Part shown: piece by piece, positions 42,717-53,240 of the stretch
Layout: each line of letters starts with the position of its first letter
Position numbering within the stretch: the stretch's first letter is position 1
From: Escherichia coli
GTDB taxonomy: Bacteria > Pseudomonadota > Gammaproteobacteria > Enterobacterales > Enterobacteriaceae
Length of the DNA stretch: 64,000 bases
Reading direction: 5' to 3' (one strand)
Assembly (NCBI RefSeq): GCF_003790525.1
Contig: NZ_CP033635.1
Notes under the pieces: model-generated
Seen by the model: only the letters and a program-made list of their open reading frames with translations
What the model was told of the DNA's origin: nothing
Databases searched by the model: none
Program-made: the position numbers and the translations under genes

Positions 42717-43524
42717 AATTACCTCCGGACCTGTGGCTCAGGGCGCAGGCATCCGCCATGCCATACAGCATGTCGCATCCAGAACTTGAGCCTATATTTT
42801 TTATGTCAGTAACATATTGCGTAGAAATGGGTTGTGGCTCAGTAATAAATTGGTTCAGTAGCCGTCCGACTCTTTCCCGATAACGCTGATTAAATGCTTC
42901 CTCTAACGTTATTTTGCTGAGAAGCGTTATGTTATTTCCTGCAAGTTGTAATGCTGCTAAGAAATCGTATCTATACTTCCTTAGTGGATGTCCTTGAATA
43001 AATAAAATAGTGCTTAAACCTACTAAATAATCATCCGATGATGGCGTCAGCCCTATTCCAAGACCAATTAACTGGTTGACTGCCGCAGTGATGTTTTCTC
43101 CTGTACACAACGCCTTCAGCAAATTTTTTCGGCGGTTGAGTAATTGGCGAGAAATTTCCTGATAAAATGGATTGTCACCCTGGTACAGAAATAATGTGTC
43201 GTTGCTTCTTAGTTGTTGGCGGATAAACTCTTCCCAATGCTGCCAGCCGACTTTGGCAAGGCTTGCTGAATCAGATGTCCACCGTGGTATTCGCCACATC
43301 TGACAACCGGTTATTTCTATCCATTTATCATTTCCAACAGTTATTCCAGACCCGCTAAAATTGACCTGTTCACCGGGGTGAAAAAGGTCTTCATAATGTG
43401 TCAGTGCTAAACGACAACTGTTAGGTGCGTTATCACAATCCTCACTCAGTAACGTCAGCAGTCGCTGCTGTTCAGGTATTAACAGATTTACCGCATGGGA
43501 AAAAACCTGTTCAACCTGGCCCAT
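42676..43524 (-). CDS. yahE: DUF2877-family protein (YahE)
   Basis: 282 aa; position between the ankyrin gene and the FdrA-like gene as in the K-12 yahD-yahE-yahF order. Confidence 0.65.
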   Translation of the reverse strand: MGQVEQVFSHAVNLLIPEQQRLLTLLSEDCDNAPNSCRLALTHYEDLFHPGEQVNFSGSGITVGNDKWIEITGCQMWRIPRWTSDSASLAKVGWQHWEEFIRQQLRSNDTLFLYQGDNPFYQEISRQLLNRRKNLLKALCTGENITAAVNQLIGLGIGLTPSSDDYLVGLSTILFIQGHPLRKYRYDFLAALQLAGNNITLLSKITLEEAFNQRYRERVGRLLNQFITEPQPISTQYVTDIKNIGSSSGCDMLYGMADACALSHRSGGNYVNQDSCKKKHVF

Positions 43525-43609
43525 TCCCCGAAAAGTGAGAAACGCGCAGTCTGCGGTTAGTGCCCGAAAAGATTGCCGTGATAATATAGCGATAATCGTG
43601 CTCCTGTTG

Positions 43610-44215
43610 TCAGGCTCCAGCCGAAATCAGCAACTCGGCAATTTTGTGGTAGCCTTTTTCTCGCGCCAGCTCCAGCGGGGTTTTACCGTATTTATCCGTC
43701 ATGTGCGGGTTTGCGCCATGCTCAAGCAACAGTTTGACGATCTCCTGCTGCTTTTCACCGCCGTCATTCAGCACGATGGCCTCTAGGAGCGGCGTCCAGC
43801 CAACAAAATTAGTATGGTTGACATTGATATCAGTACGCATCAGCAATTCACGTACAATCTCGACATGGCCTTTTTCGCAGGCAGGTGTAATACCAACACC
43901 GCCAAAACGGGTTAGGCAATTAAGGTCGGGGTTAGCCGGTAATACCGTACGCAACAGTGTTAAATCATTATTCAGGCAGCCAATCAGGAAGGGATTAAAA
44001 CAAGTTTGATCTTGTTTATTAATATCAGCACCTGCGGAAATCAATAAAGAAACGCAGTCATAATGTTTATTCAGACTGGCAATAATAATTGCAGTACGCC
44101 CCTCGCGGTTAGTCGCATTAATATCAACCTTTTTATCAAGGCATGATTTTAATCCATCGGAATTACCTTGTTCTGCCGCCAGCAGAAATTCTGTAATGAG
44201 TTCTTTATTGGACAT
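43610..44215 (-). CDS. yahD: Ankyrin-repeat protein (YahD)
   Basis: 201 aa with repeated ankyrin motifs (...GRTAIIIASLNKHYDCVSLLISAGADIN..., ...GWTPLLEA...LLLEHGANP...). Confidence 0.8.
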   Translation of the reverse strand: MSNKELITEFLLAAEQGNSDGLKSCLDKKVDINATNREGRTAIIIASLNKHYDCVSLLISAGADINKQDQTCFNPFLIGCLNNDLTLLRTVLPANPDLNCLTRFGGVGITPACEKGHVEIVRELLMRTDINVNHTNFVGWTPLLEAIVLNDGGEKQQEIVKLLLEHGANPHMTDKYGKTPLELAREKGYHKIAELLISAGA

Positions 44216-44602
44216 AATCGATCTCCTGCTCTTTTTAAGATTTTACAAATATAACAAGCCAAGAATAGCAACAGAATGCATAGAGCACCATCCATTTAAA
44301 ATTTACTCATCATTAGACCATGAATTATTGAAACAAAATTAACAATAATAAGAGAGTGTGATATAGTTCAATATTTCTATTATAGCTGGGGATATTTTAG
44401 CCATTAATCCGCAGTCATATAAATAAAGGTGGTCTGCAGCACGGATAGCTGCCTGTAATTAAAATTCAGATGTGTGATTTCCTTCAAATTAAATGTAAAT
44501 ACGGTGTTAATTTTTTCAAAACTGATTGTCGGTTATAAGAATTACAAATACATTCAACAATCATCATGTTGTGTATGTGTATTGTCGCCAGAGGAAAGAA
44601 AG

Positions 44603-45532
44603 ATGAATTCAATATTTACGGAAGAAAACTTACTGGCATTTACTATGGCTGCCCGCTATAGAAGTTTCAGCAAGGCGGCGAAGGAACTGGGCTTAACCAC
44701 ATCGGCAATTAGTTACACTATCAAGCGTATGGAAATGGGGCTTGACGTGGTGCTTTTTACCCGAACTACCCGTAGCATTGAGCTGACCGAGCCCGGGCAC
44801 TACCTTTTTTGCAAAGCAACTGACCTGCTCAACGATTACCACTCCATCATACGTAGAGTTGATGCCATCGCTCAGGGAATTAAATCCCGGGTGCGCATTT
44901 GTATTAATCAACTGTTGTATACCCCTCAGCATACAGCTCGGCTTCTGCAAGTGCTCAGGGAACACTTTCCAACCTGCCAGATAGCTATTACTACAGAGGT
45001 GTATAATGGCGTCTGGGATTCACTCATTAATAACCAGGCTGATATCGCCATTGGCGCGCCCGATACGTTACTGGACGGTGGTGGAATTGATTACATTGAA
45101 ATCGGCATGATTCGTTGGTTGTTCGCGATTTCTCCGGCTCATCCGCTGGCGTTTATTCCTGAGCCCATTTCTGAGAGTCAGTTACGTCTGTACCCGAACA
45201 TCATGGTGGAAGACACTGCAAACACTATAAACAAAAAAGTCGGCTGGCTGTTACACGGGCAAGAGTCGATTCTGGTTCCCGACTTTAATACTAAGCTTCA
45301 GTGCCAGATCCTGGGGGAGGGAATCGGTTTTCTGCCAGACTATATGGTGCGTGAAGCGATGGAAAAGTCATTGCTGGTGACACGGCAGATCCACAACCCA
45401 CGTCAGGATTCACGAATGCTGTTGGCAACCAGGCATTCGGCAAGCGGTCAAGTCACTCAGTGGATAAAAAGAGAATTTAGCTTACAAGGAATACTGACGG
45501 GGATTTATCAGGATTTGATGCATCGAGCGTGA
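44603..45532 (+). CDS. yahB: LysR-family transcriptional regulator (YahB), divergent from yahD
   Basis: 309 aa from the internal Met with RBS; N-terminal HTH (...FTMAARYRSFSKAAKELGLTTSAISYTIKRME...) and LysR substrate-binding domain. Confidence 0.75.
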   Translation: MNSIFTEENLLAFTMAARYRSFSKAAKELGLTTSAISYTIKRMEMGLDVVLFTRTTRSIELTEPGHYLFCKATDLLNDYHSIIRRVDAIAQGIKSRVRICINQLLYTPQHTARLLQVLREHFPTCQIAITTEVYNGVWDSLINNQADIAIGAPDTLLDGGGIDYIEIGMIRWLFAISPAHPLAFIPEPISESQLRLYPNIMVEDTANTINKKVGWLLHGQESILVPDFNTKLQCQILGEGIGFLPDYMVREAMEKSLLVTRQIHNPRQDSRMLLATRHSASGQVTQWIKREFSLQGILTGIYQDLMHRA

Positions 45533-45873
45533 TGCACCGGATGGCAGTTTTACCTTTCGGTGCATCAATGAGATAAATGAAGGGCAATCAGTGAGATAAA
45601 TAACGAATTGGAGTGGGTTACATGGGTTCTGGTGAACAGAAATGAAATTCTTTTTCTCTATGCGATAGACAAATCGGGAATTGAAATCATCCCTACAGGC
45701 AACTCAGAATCTGGGGGCTGAAAACGCTACGAACCATCAGATTTGGATAATATTCATCACCGTTTCGGCCTGATTGTATCCAATCTGGAAGAAAAGTTTC
45801 ATGATTTTATGGGCGTTATCCTTATGGTGCTGGGCGACGAGAGTAATACTTCACGCCGGTTTTGTCGGATAAT

Positions 45874-45896
45874 CCAGAAATATAGGGGCAAATCCA
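45874..45896. mobile_element. Solo IS2 right-end-like terminus (23 bp)
   Basis: CCAGAAATATAGGGGCAAATCCA matches the IS2 right terminus except for one base; no IS2 body adjacent. Confidence 0.45.
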
Positions 45897-46141
45897 AACA
45901 GGAAAGATAGGGGGAGGGACGCGTTTCCGGCACAACCAGCGTTACGTCACCCTGCATTGTTAGTTACGAAAAGCGTACCGGAAACGCGGAACATTCTTTT
46001 AACACATTACAGGCATTCGCACACATCTTTTTTCTTCTTTGTGCTCTGAATACTGCAGTGCTCAATTAATATTAGCCACGTTTTACAGTAAGAACGGTAT
46101 CTGTTCTCTGATTCTTCCGGCGTCAACCCACAGTGTAATTA

Positions 46142-46571
<430 letters not shown>

Positions 46572-46634
46572 TCAGTCTGGTAACTATCGTAAACCGTTCA
46601 GTGGGAAGGATATCAAGAGCACTGTAGCTTTTTA

Positions 46635-46796
<162 letters not shown>

Positions 46797-47519
46797 TCAC
46801 TGGATTCCCGGTATGAGTAACTTTTATTAACGATAAGCCAGGCTATTTGTGCATTGGTGTTGAGGTGAGCATATCACCTCTGTTCAGGTGACCAAATTCA
46901 GTGTGCCATTTCAGTCTGTAATGCGCTGTGTGAAAAAGCTCACTGACAGTCTGAGTATTTGTCTGCAAAGGATGGAGGCCCGTCGAGGGTTCCTGAAAAC
47001 CACTGGTGCGCTGGCGAATAAGCTGACAAGAATCATCTGGCGTGTTTTGAGCGATAGTATTGATTTTAATATGCAGAAGGCCGTTGTGATGAATTAAATA
47101 AAAACAGCAAGTTATAGAAAATATTTTTAACTGAGTTTACATACACTGATGAGATAACGGCTACCGCCCCTGTAACAGTCTGAAGTTGATCTGGGTAATC
47201 AAATACCGGTGTAGTGATTAGGAAACAGGGCCCGGATAACATCATGGCGCAGGTCATTGAACCTACTAACGACGCCGGATATATGGTCGCAAACCGCATC
47301 GAACCAGTACTTGCCTCACCTGGGACGTCCATATATGCTCAACAAAAGAGAGCGTTCAGAATTCTAGCCTCACATCATACCTGAAACCGCGTCCCGACCA
47401 TAGATGATTTTATCGCCGGTTTTTTATAACAATTGTTATATTTCTGTAACAATCTTTCCGTAGACTCACGTGCATAAAAATGATTCCCCTTGAAATCGAT
47501 TTTTTGAAAGGAAACCGCA

Positions 47520-49499
47520 ATGGGCAGACCGTTAAAAACTTTATTCAAACGTGAGCATAGTGAAGAAATCAGTAACCCGAGCGATAACCGCGCGTTTTCG
47601 CAGGTGGCGGAAGTTTATTTGTCACGCCGCCGTCTGTTACAGGCCGGCACGGTCGCCGGTGCCGCGGCAGCGTTCCCATTTCTGCTGAAACAGGAAAACG
47701 CGCTGGCGAAAGTGGTCTCCAAAGCAAGCGGTAACCTCGGCAAAGCGACGACGCTCGGTTTCACCAGCCTGCCGGTTTCCACGGAAGATACCGTTATCGT
47801 GCCGGAAGGATACATCGCGAAGCCCTTCTACAAATGGGGCGACGCCACCGGGATTGCCGGAAATCTGCCGGTTTTTAAAACCGACGGTAGCAACACCACG
47901 GAAGAACAGGCGGCGCAGGCCGGGATGCACCACGACGGCATGGCGTGGTTTAGCCTGCCGCAGGGCGGGAACAGCTCCGATCACGGCCTGCTTGCCATAA
48001 ACCATGAATACATCGATAACGGTCTACTGTTTAAAGATGGCGATGCCAACTGGAGCGCCGATAAAGCTCTTAAAGGCCAGAACGCGATGGGCGTGTCGGT
48101 CATTGAAGTAAAAAAAGTGCCCCTGGGCTGGGAAGTGGTGCGCCCGTCATCGTTCGCACGCCGTATCACCGTTAACACGCCGATGAAAATCACCGGTCCG
48201 GCGCTGCATAACCCACTGATGCAAACAGTTGACGATCCGAAAGGCGAAATCATTCTCGGCACCATGCAGAACTGTGCCAACGGATTTACGCCGTGGGGCA
48301 CCTATCTGACGTGTGAAGAGAACTGGTCCGATATTTTCGTAAAAAAAGCAGAGATGAACCCGCTGGAAAAACGTTACGGTATCAGCGGGAGCGACGACTC
48401 TTACCGCTGGAACGAAGTGGATAAAAGGTTCAGCGTCGACGCCACGCCGAACGAGCCGAACCGCTTCGGCTGGGTGGTGGAAATCGATCCATACGATCCG
48501 CATTCAGTGCCGCGCAAGCACACCGCGCTTGGTCGCATCAAACACGAAGGCGCGGCGGTGACAATTGCCCCGGATAACCGCGTTGTGGTCTATATGGGCG
48601 ATGACCAGAAATTCGAATACATATATAAATTTGTCTCGGAAGGAAAATTCAACCCGCAGGATCGCAAAGCCAACATGCACCTGCTGGAAAAAGGCACTCT
48701 GTACGTGGCGAAATTTAACGACGACGGCAAAGGCGAGTGGCTACCGCTGGTGTTCGGACAAAATGGGCTCGACGCCAGTAAAGGGTTTGAAAACCAGGGC
48801 GACCTGTTGATTAAAACCCGTCTGGCGGCAGACGCCGTGGGGGCCACTAAAATGGACCGCCCGGAGTGGATTGCGGTCGATCCATATCACGCCGGCAGCG
48901 TTTACTGCACGCTCACCAACAACAGCGATCGCGGTACGGAAGGAAAAGCGCCAGTGGATGCGGCCAACCCGCGCGCCAAAAACGTTTACGGCCACATCAT
49001 TCACTGGCTGGAGCATAACGGCGACCCGACCGCGCTGCAGTTTGCCTGGGATATTCTTGTGATGGGCGGTCGCACCGATACGGACAAACCGGAAACCAAA
49101 GGCAGCATGAAGGGTGCGGAATTCGGCAGCGCCGATGGCCTGAGCTTCGATCACCGCGGCGTGCTATGGATCCAGACCGACGTGTCGTCATCAACCATCA
49201 ATAGTAAAGATTACAAAGGCATGGGCAACAACCAGATGGTGGCGACGATCCCCGGTACCAATGAGTTCCGCCGCTTCCTGACCGGCCCGCGCGGCTGCGA
49301 AATCACCGGCATCGCGTTCACTCCGGATAACCGGACGCTGTTTATTAACATCCAGCACCCTGGCGAGCCAAGCGAAGGGCTTAGCGATCCGCAGCATCCG
49401 ACGGCAGTATCAAGCTGGCCTGACGGCGATAAGGCTGGTCGTCCGCGCTCCTCAACTGTCGTTATCGTAAAAGCCGACGGCGGCATAATCGGCACCTGA
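47520..49499 (+). CDS. PhoX-family (DUF839) phosphatase with twin-arginine signal peptide
   Basis: 659 aa; Tat motif SRRRLLQAGTVAGAAAA near the N-terminus; length and composition fit PhoX-type alkaline phosphatases. Confidence 0.65.
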   Translation: MGRPLKTLFKREHSEEISNPSDNRAFSQVAEVYLSRRRLLQAGTVAGAAAAFPFLLKQENALAKVVSKASGNLGKATTLGFTSLPVSTEDTVIVPEGYIAKPFYKWGDATGIAGNLPVFKTDGSNTTEEQAAQAGMHHDGMAWFSLPQGGNSSDHGLLAINHEYIDNGLLFKDGDANWSADKALKGQNAMGVSVIEVKKVPLGWEVVRPSSFARRITVNTPMKITGPALHNPLMQTVDDPKGEIILGTMQNCANGFTPWGTYLTCEENWSDIFVKKAEMNPLEKRYGISGSDDSYRWNEVDKRFSVDATPNEPNRFGWVVEIDPYDPHSVPRKHTALGRIKHEGAAVTIAPDNRVVVYMGDDQKFEYIYKFVSEGKFNPQDRKANMHLLEKGTLYVAKFNDDGKGEWLPLVFGQNGLDASKGFENQGDLLIKTRLAADAVGATKMDRPEWIAVDPYHAGSVYCTLTNNSDRGTEGKAPVDAANPRAKNVYGHIIHWLEHNGDPTALQFAWDILVMGGRTDTDKPETKGSMKGAEFGSADGLSFDHRGVLWIQTDVSSSTINSKDYKGMGNNQMVATIPGTNEFRRFLTGPRGCEITGIAFTPDNRTLFINIQHPGEPSEGLSDPQHPTAVSSWPDGDKAGRPRSSTVVIVKADGGIIGT

Positions 49500-49521
49500 T
49501 TCTGTTTCATCCGTCATTAAA

Positions 49522-49549
49522 AACGCAGGCGCGGTTAGCCTGTGTTTTT
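49522..49549 (+). terminator. Probable intrinsic terminator downstream of the PhoX-like gene
   Basis: ACGCAGGC-gcggtta-GCCTGTGT hairpin followed by TTTTTA. Confidence 0.5.
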
Positions 49550-49960
49550 ATGGTAAAGTCCTGTCAGTCCGCGCGCTGGCTTCCTTCAACGCTTTGTCGT
49601 AATTTTTGTCAGTCTGCTCGTAGTCTGGAATGCCCGGAATTCCTCAACGCTATGCCACTGTTCAGGCGCGGTGTGATGAGAGTGGCGTCGCTGGGTTATG
49701 CCTTTCCGGGCACGATTCTGGCGATTGGTTTTCTGACTCCCTAAATGACCGCTGGCTGTCGGAACTACTGGATTACAGGGGGTTACCTTTAATGTCTGTC
49801 GGTGATTTGCTGTACGATGCGATTTCAGGCAATAGCCATCGGCGCACTTGATGTCCGGCTGGGACGTATACCAGCGTCACTGGAACAAGCCTCACGTCTG
49901 CTGGGAGAAAATGGTACAGGAACTTTTGTTCGGGTTCACTTTCCTGTGTTGCTCTGGTGA
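49550..49960 (+). pseudogene. Degenerate ABC-transporter permease gene fragments (iron/thiamine-type), multiple frameshifts
   Basis: Three frames carry permease-like pieces (...MRVASLGYAFPGTILAIGFL...; ...SSALLVFTDAMKELPVTLL...); the last is fused to a transposase fragment. Confidence 0.45.
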
Positions 49961-50328
49961 GCAGTGCCCTGCTGGTTTTCACTGATGCGATGAAAGAACT
50001 GCCAGTAACACTTCTTTATTCCGAATCGCTCTTCCGGACGATTAAGTATTGTTCATGGTGGCCGGAGAATGGTTTTCGAACCATAGATGAAGCCAGAAGT
50101 TGGTTAAGCAAGTTCACGCAATGGTACAACCTGGAACACAAGCACAGCGGTATTAAGTATGTTACTCCGGATGAACGCCATCGCGGAATTGATGCACAAA
50201 TACTGGAAGCCAGAAAAAAAGTTTATCGCGAAGCTCGCAAGCGTCATCCTGAGCGCTGGAGCAAACAGTTGCGTGACTGGGAACTCATTCAGGCAGTTTA
50301 TCTGAATCCAGAAAAAGAAGCGGCATAA
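49957..50328 (+). pseudogene. Transposase C-terminal fragment (DDE integrase-core type) fused to the permease remnant
   Basis: ...FRTIDEARSWLSKFTQWYNLEHKHSGIKYVTPDERHRG... resembles the conserved C-terminus of integrase-core transposases. Confidence 0.45.
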
Positions 50329-50699
50329 CGTAATTTTATTACATCAGGCGACAACTACCTTGAAAAACGCCGGAAATAACTGACTCTTTACCCGCAGCCA
50401 TGCAGTGGGCTTTTTTATATCCCCCCTTCACAAACTCTGCTCACTGGTTATACCGGTTCACCTTTCCGGCTTGTAACCGCATGCACTCTGGACTGCCAGT
50501 CAGCTCATGTATGTCTCTTCCTTAATTGTGTTCATGAACAGGTGACACCTTATCTCCTGACAGAATAAACAAATTTTATTAATTCTGCTCTTCGCCAGCC
50601 CACTGCTACCATCTGTCGCGACGGGGCATGGCTGCCTGCATGGCATGCATTTGTTGTGTCTGTGCTGACTGAATACGATAAAAATTTCTGGTTAATGAC

Positions 50700-50725
50700 G
50701 ATCGATATCATCGATCGATTCGATC
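50700..50725. promoter_or_regulatory. Cluster of three GATC (Dam) sites in a cgatcgat direct-repeat array, 90-115 bp upstream of the OMP gene
   Basis: GATC at 50700, 50713 and 50722 within gacGATCgatatcatcGATCgattcGATCgatttt. Confidence 0.4.
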
Positions 50726-50815
50726 GATTTTATTCGATTGAGGCTATCGCATGGCGGGTTTTAAAATGCACTGAGTACTGCTTGCAGCAACGGAGCAATA
50801 ACGGAGATAATTGAA

Positions 50816-51556
50816 ATGAAAAAGGTTTTTGCTGTTTCAGTGGTGGCCGCAGCCTGTGTATTTGCAGCAAATGCAGGTGCTGAGGAAGGTAAAAGCGGTT
50901 TTTATCTGACCGGTAAAGCCGGTACCTCTGTGGTGTCACTTTCAGACCAGCGTTTCCTGTCAGGAGATGAGGAAGAAACGTCAAAGTATAAAGGCGGCGA
51001 TGACCATGATACGGTATTCAGTGGTGGTATCGCGGCTGGTTATGATTTTTATCCGCAGTTCAGTATTCCGGTTCGTACAGAACTGGAGTTTTACGCTCGT
51101 GGAAAAGCTGATTCGAAGTATAACGTAGATAAAGACAGTTGGTCAGGTGGTTACTGGCGTGATGACCTGAAGAATGAGGTGTCAGTCAACACACTAATGC
51201 TGAATGCGTACTATGACTTCCGGAATGACAGCGCATTCACACCTTGGATATCTGCAGGGATTGGCTACGCCAGAATTCACCAGAAAACAACCGGTATCAG
51301 TACCTGGGATTATGAGTACGGAAGCAGTGGTCGCGAATCGTTGTCACGTTCAGGCTCTGCTGACAACTTCGCATGGAGCCTTGGCGCGGGTGTCCGCTAT
51401 GACGTAACCCCGGACATCGCTCTGGACCTCAGCTATCGCTATCTTGATGCAGGTGACAGCAGTGTGAGTTACAAGGACGAGTGGGGCGATAAATATAAGT
51501 CAGAAGTTGATGTTAAAAGTCATGACATCATGCTTGGTATGACTTATAACTTCTGA
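50816..51556 (+). CDS. Small outer-membrane beta-barrel protein of the Hek/Tia/Hra (opacity-like adhesin/invasin) type
   Basis: 246 aa; signal peptide MKKVFAVSVVAAACVFAANA; alternating-hydrophobic beta strands; C-terminal ...GMTYNF; RBS GGAG upstream. Confidence 0.65.
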   Translation: MKKVFAVSVVAAACVFAANAGAEEGKSGFYLTGKAGTSVVSLSDQRFLSGDEEETSKYKGGDDHDTVFSGGIAAGYDFYPQFSIPVRTELEFYARGKADSKYNVDKDSWSGGYWRDDLKNEVSVNTLMLNAYYDFRNDSAFTPWISAGIGYARIHQKTTGISTWDYEYGSSGRESLSRSGSADNFAWSLGAGVRYDVTPDIALDLSYRYLDAGDSSVSYKDEWGDKYKSEVDVKSHDIMLGMTYNF

Positions 51557-51634
51557 CGACACTGCTCCTGAACGATAATTGCGTATATTCTGTAATTAAG
51601 ATAATTGCATATCTTCTGCAATTAAACAGAAACA

Positions 51635-51670
51635 CCCTGCAGTCTATTGCTGCAGGGTTGTCTGTTATCT
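51635..51670 (+). terminator. Intrinsic terminator after the OMP gene
   Basis: CCCTGCAG-tctattg-CTGCAGGG hairpin followed by a T-rich run (ttgtctgttatctgtttt). Confidence 0.6.
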
Positions 51671-51737
51671 GTTTTACAGATAATTTCTGATTTTTATTAT
51701 CCTGTTCTCTTCATAATAATGTTGTCGATATACTCCG

Positions 51738-53240
51738 ATGAATATCAGAAAACTGTTTTGTCCGGGCGACACACCCCGGATTTTATTGTTTTTATTCTTT
51801 TTTGTTATTTCTGTGATAATCACAATTGCATGCGGATACACTGAGAAGAATGCCACAGGAAATGTGCTGCTTCTGTTTCTCCTTCTGCTCCTTGCACACA
51901 GAAATACCCTCACATCCATTACAACGCTGTTATTTCTGTTCTGTTGTGCACTGTATGCGCCTGCGGGTATGACGTACGGTAAAATCAACAACAGTTTTAT
52001 TGTCGCGTTGCTGCAGACCACGGCTGATGAGGCTGCAGAGTTTACCGGGATGATTCCTGTTTATCATTTTCTGGTCAGTGCCGCGATTCTGGTATTCATG
52101 GTGATTTTCTGGCGGACACACCACCGCGGTCACCGTAACTGGCTGGCACTGCTGCTGTTCGTATTATGCTCTGTAAACAGCTGGCCGTTGCGGATGGTTA
52201 AAGGAACTGTTGTGGGGACAACTGACACATTGCGTGAAATGCAACATTATAAACAACTGAGTCAGCACGGGGCTGACAACTGGAAAATCCTGCCGGGAAC
52301 ACCGTTATATGACACAATTGTTATTGTCACTGGTGAGAGTGTGCGCAGGGATTATATGTCGGTATATGGCTATCCCGTGCCAACCACGCCGTGGCTGAAT
52401 ACGGCTCCCGGTTTATTTATTGACGGCTATACATCGGCAGCAGCCAGTACCGTACCTTCCCTGAGCCGGACACTGATTTATGACTATGAGCAGAACCCTG
52501 ACTCCGGCAACAACGTGGTGGCGCTGGCAGCAAAAGCAGGATACAGCACATGGTGGATATCCAATCAGGGAAAGCTGGGGGAGCATGATACACGCATCTC
52601 TGTTATTGCTTCTGATGCGGAGCATACCGTTTTCCTCAAGAAAGGCAGCTTTGCTTCCCGTAAAACGGATGACATGTTGTTGTTACAGGAAACAGAACGT
52701 GCACTGGCGGATAAATCCTCTCCGAAGGTGATATTCCTGCACATGATTGGCTCTCATCCGAATCCGTGTGACCGACTTAACTCCTGGCCGAATCATTACC
52801 TGGAGCAGTATCCCCGAAAGGTTGCCTGTTACCTCGCCAGCATCAGTAAACTGGATAACTTTCTCGGTCAGCTTGATGGTATCCTTCGCCGGCATTCCCG
52901 TCATTTCGTCATGCTTTACTTTTCTGACCATGGGCTGTCGGTCAGCGACAGTGCTAATCCTGTTCATCATGATGGTCATGTGCAGGGAGGCTACAGCGTT
53001 CCCCTGATTATTACCGCCAGTGATATCACGTCTCATCAGTCCGTCAGCAGAAAAATCAGTGCCCGTCATTTCGCAGGTATTTTTCAGTGGCTGACCGGCA
53101 TTCGTACTGAAAATATACCGCCATTCAATCCGCTGACAGACGAAGATAATGAACCCGTTATGGTTTTTAACGGAGAGAGGAATGTACTGGCAGACAGTCT
53201 GAAACCACAGCCTCTGATTCTTCCGGTCAAGGGAAAATAA
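51738..53240 (+). CDS. Phosphoethanolamine-transferase-like membrane protein (EptA/OpgE sulfatase superfamily)
   Basis: 500 aa; N-terminal TM helices plus C-terminal sulfatase-like domain with ...IVIVTGESVRRDYMSVYGY... motif. Confidence 0.7.
   Translation: MNIRKLFCPGDTPRILLFLFFFVISVIITIACGYTEKNATGNVLLLFLLLLLAHRNTLTSITTLLFLFCCALYAPAGMTYGKINNSFIVALLQTTADEAAEFTGMIPVYHFLVSAAILVFMVIFWRTHHRGHRNWLALLLFVLCSVNSWPLRMVKGTVVGTTDTLREMQHYKQLSQHGADNWKILPGTPLYDTIVIVTGESVRRDYMSVYGYPVPTTPWLNTAPGLFIDGYTSAAASTVPSLSRTLIYDYEQNPDSGNNVVALAAKAGYSTWWISNQGKLGEHDTRISVIASDAEHTVFLKKGSFASRKTDDMLLLQETERALADKSSPKVIFLHMIGSHPNPCDRLNSWPNHYLEQYPRKVACYLASISKLDNFLGQLDGILRRHSRHFVMLYFSDHGLSVSDSANPVHHDGHVQGGYSVPLIITASDITSHQSVSRKISARHFAGIFQWLTGIRTENIPPFNPLTDEDNEPVMVFNGERNVLADSLKPQPLILPVKGK

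Noticed and set aside
51577-51625. Two imperfect ~23-bp direct repeats (aattgcgtatattctgtaattaa / aattgcatatcttctgcaattaa) after the Hek/Tia-like gene
   Set aside because: Only two diverged copies in AT-rich 3' untranslated sequence adjacent to the terminator; no basis to assign function.
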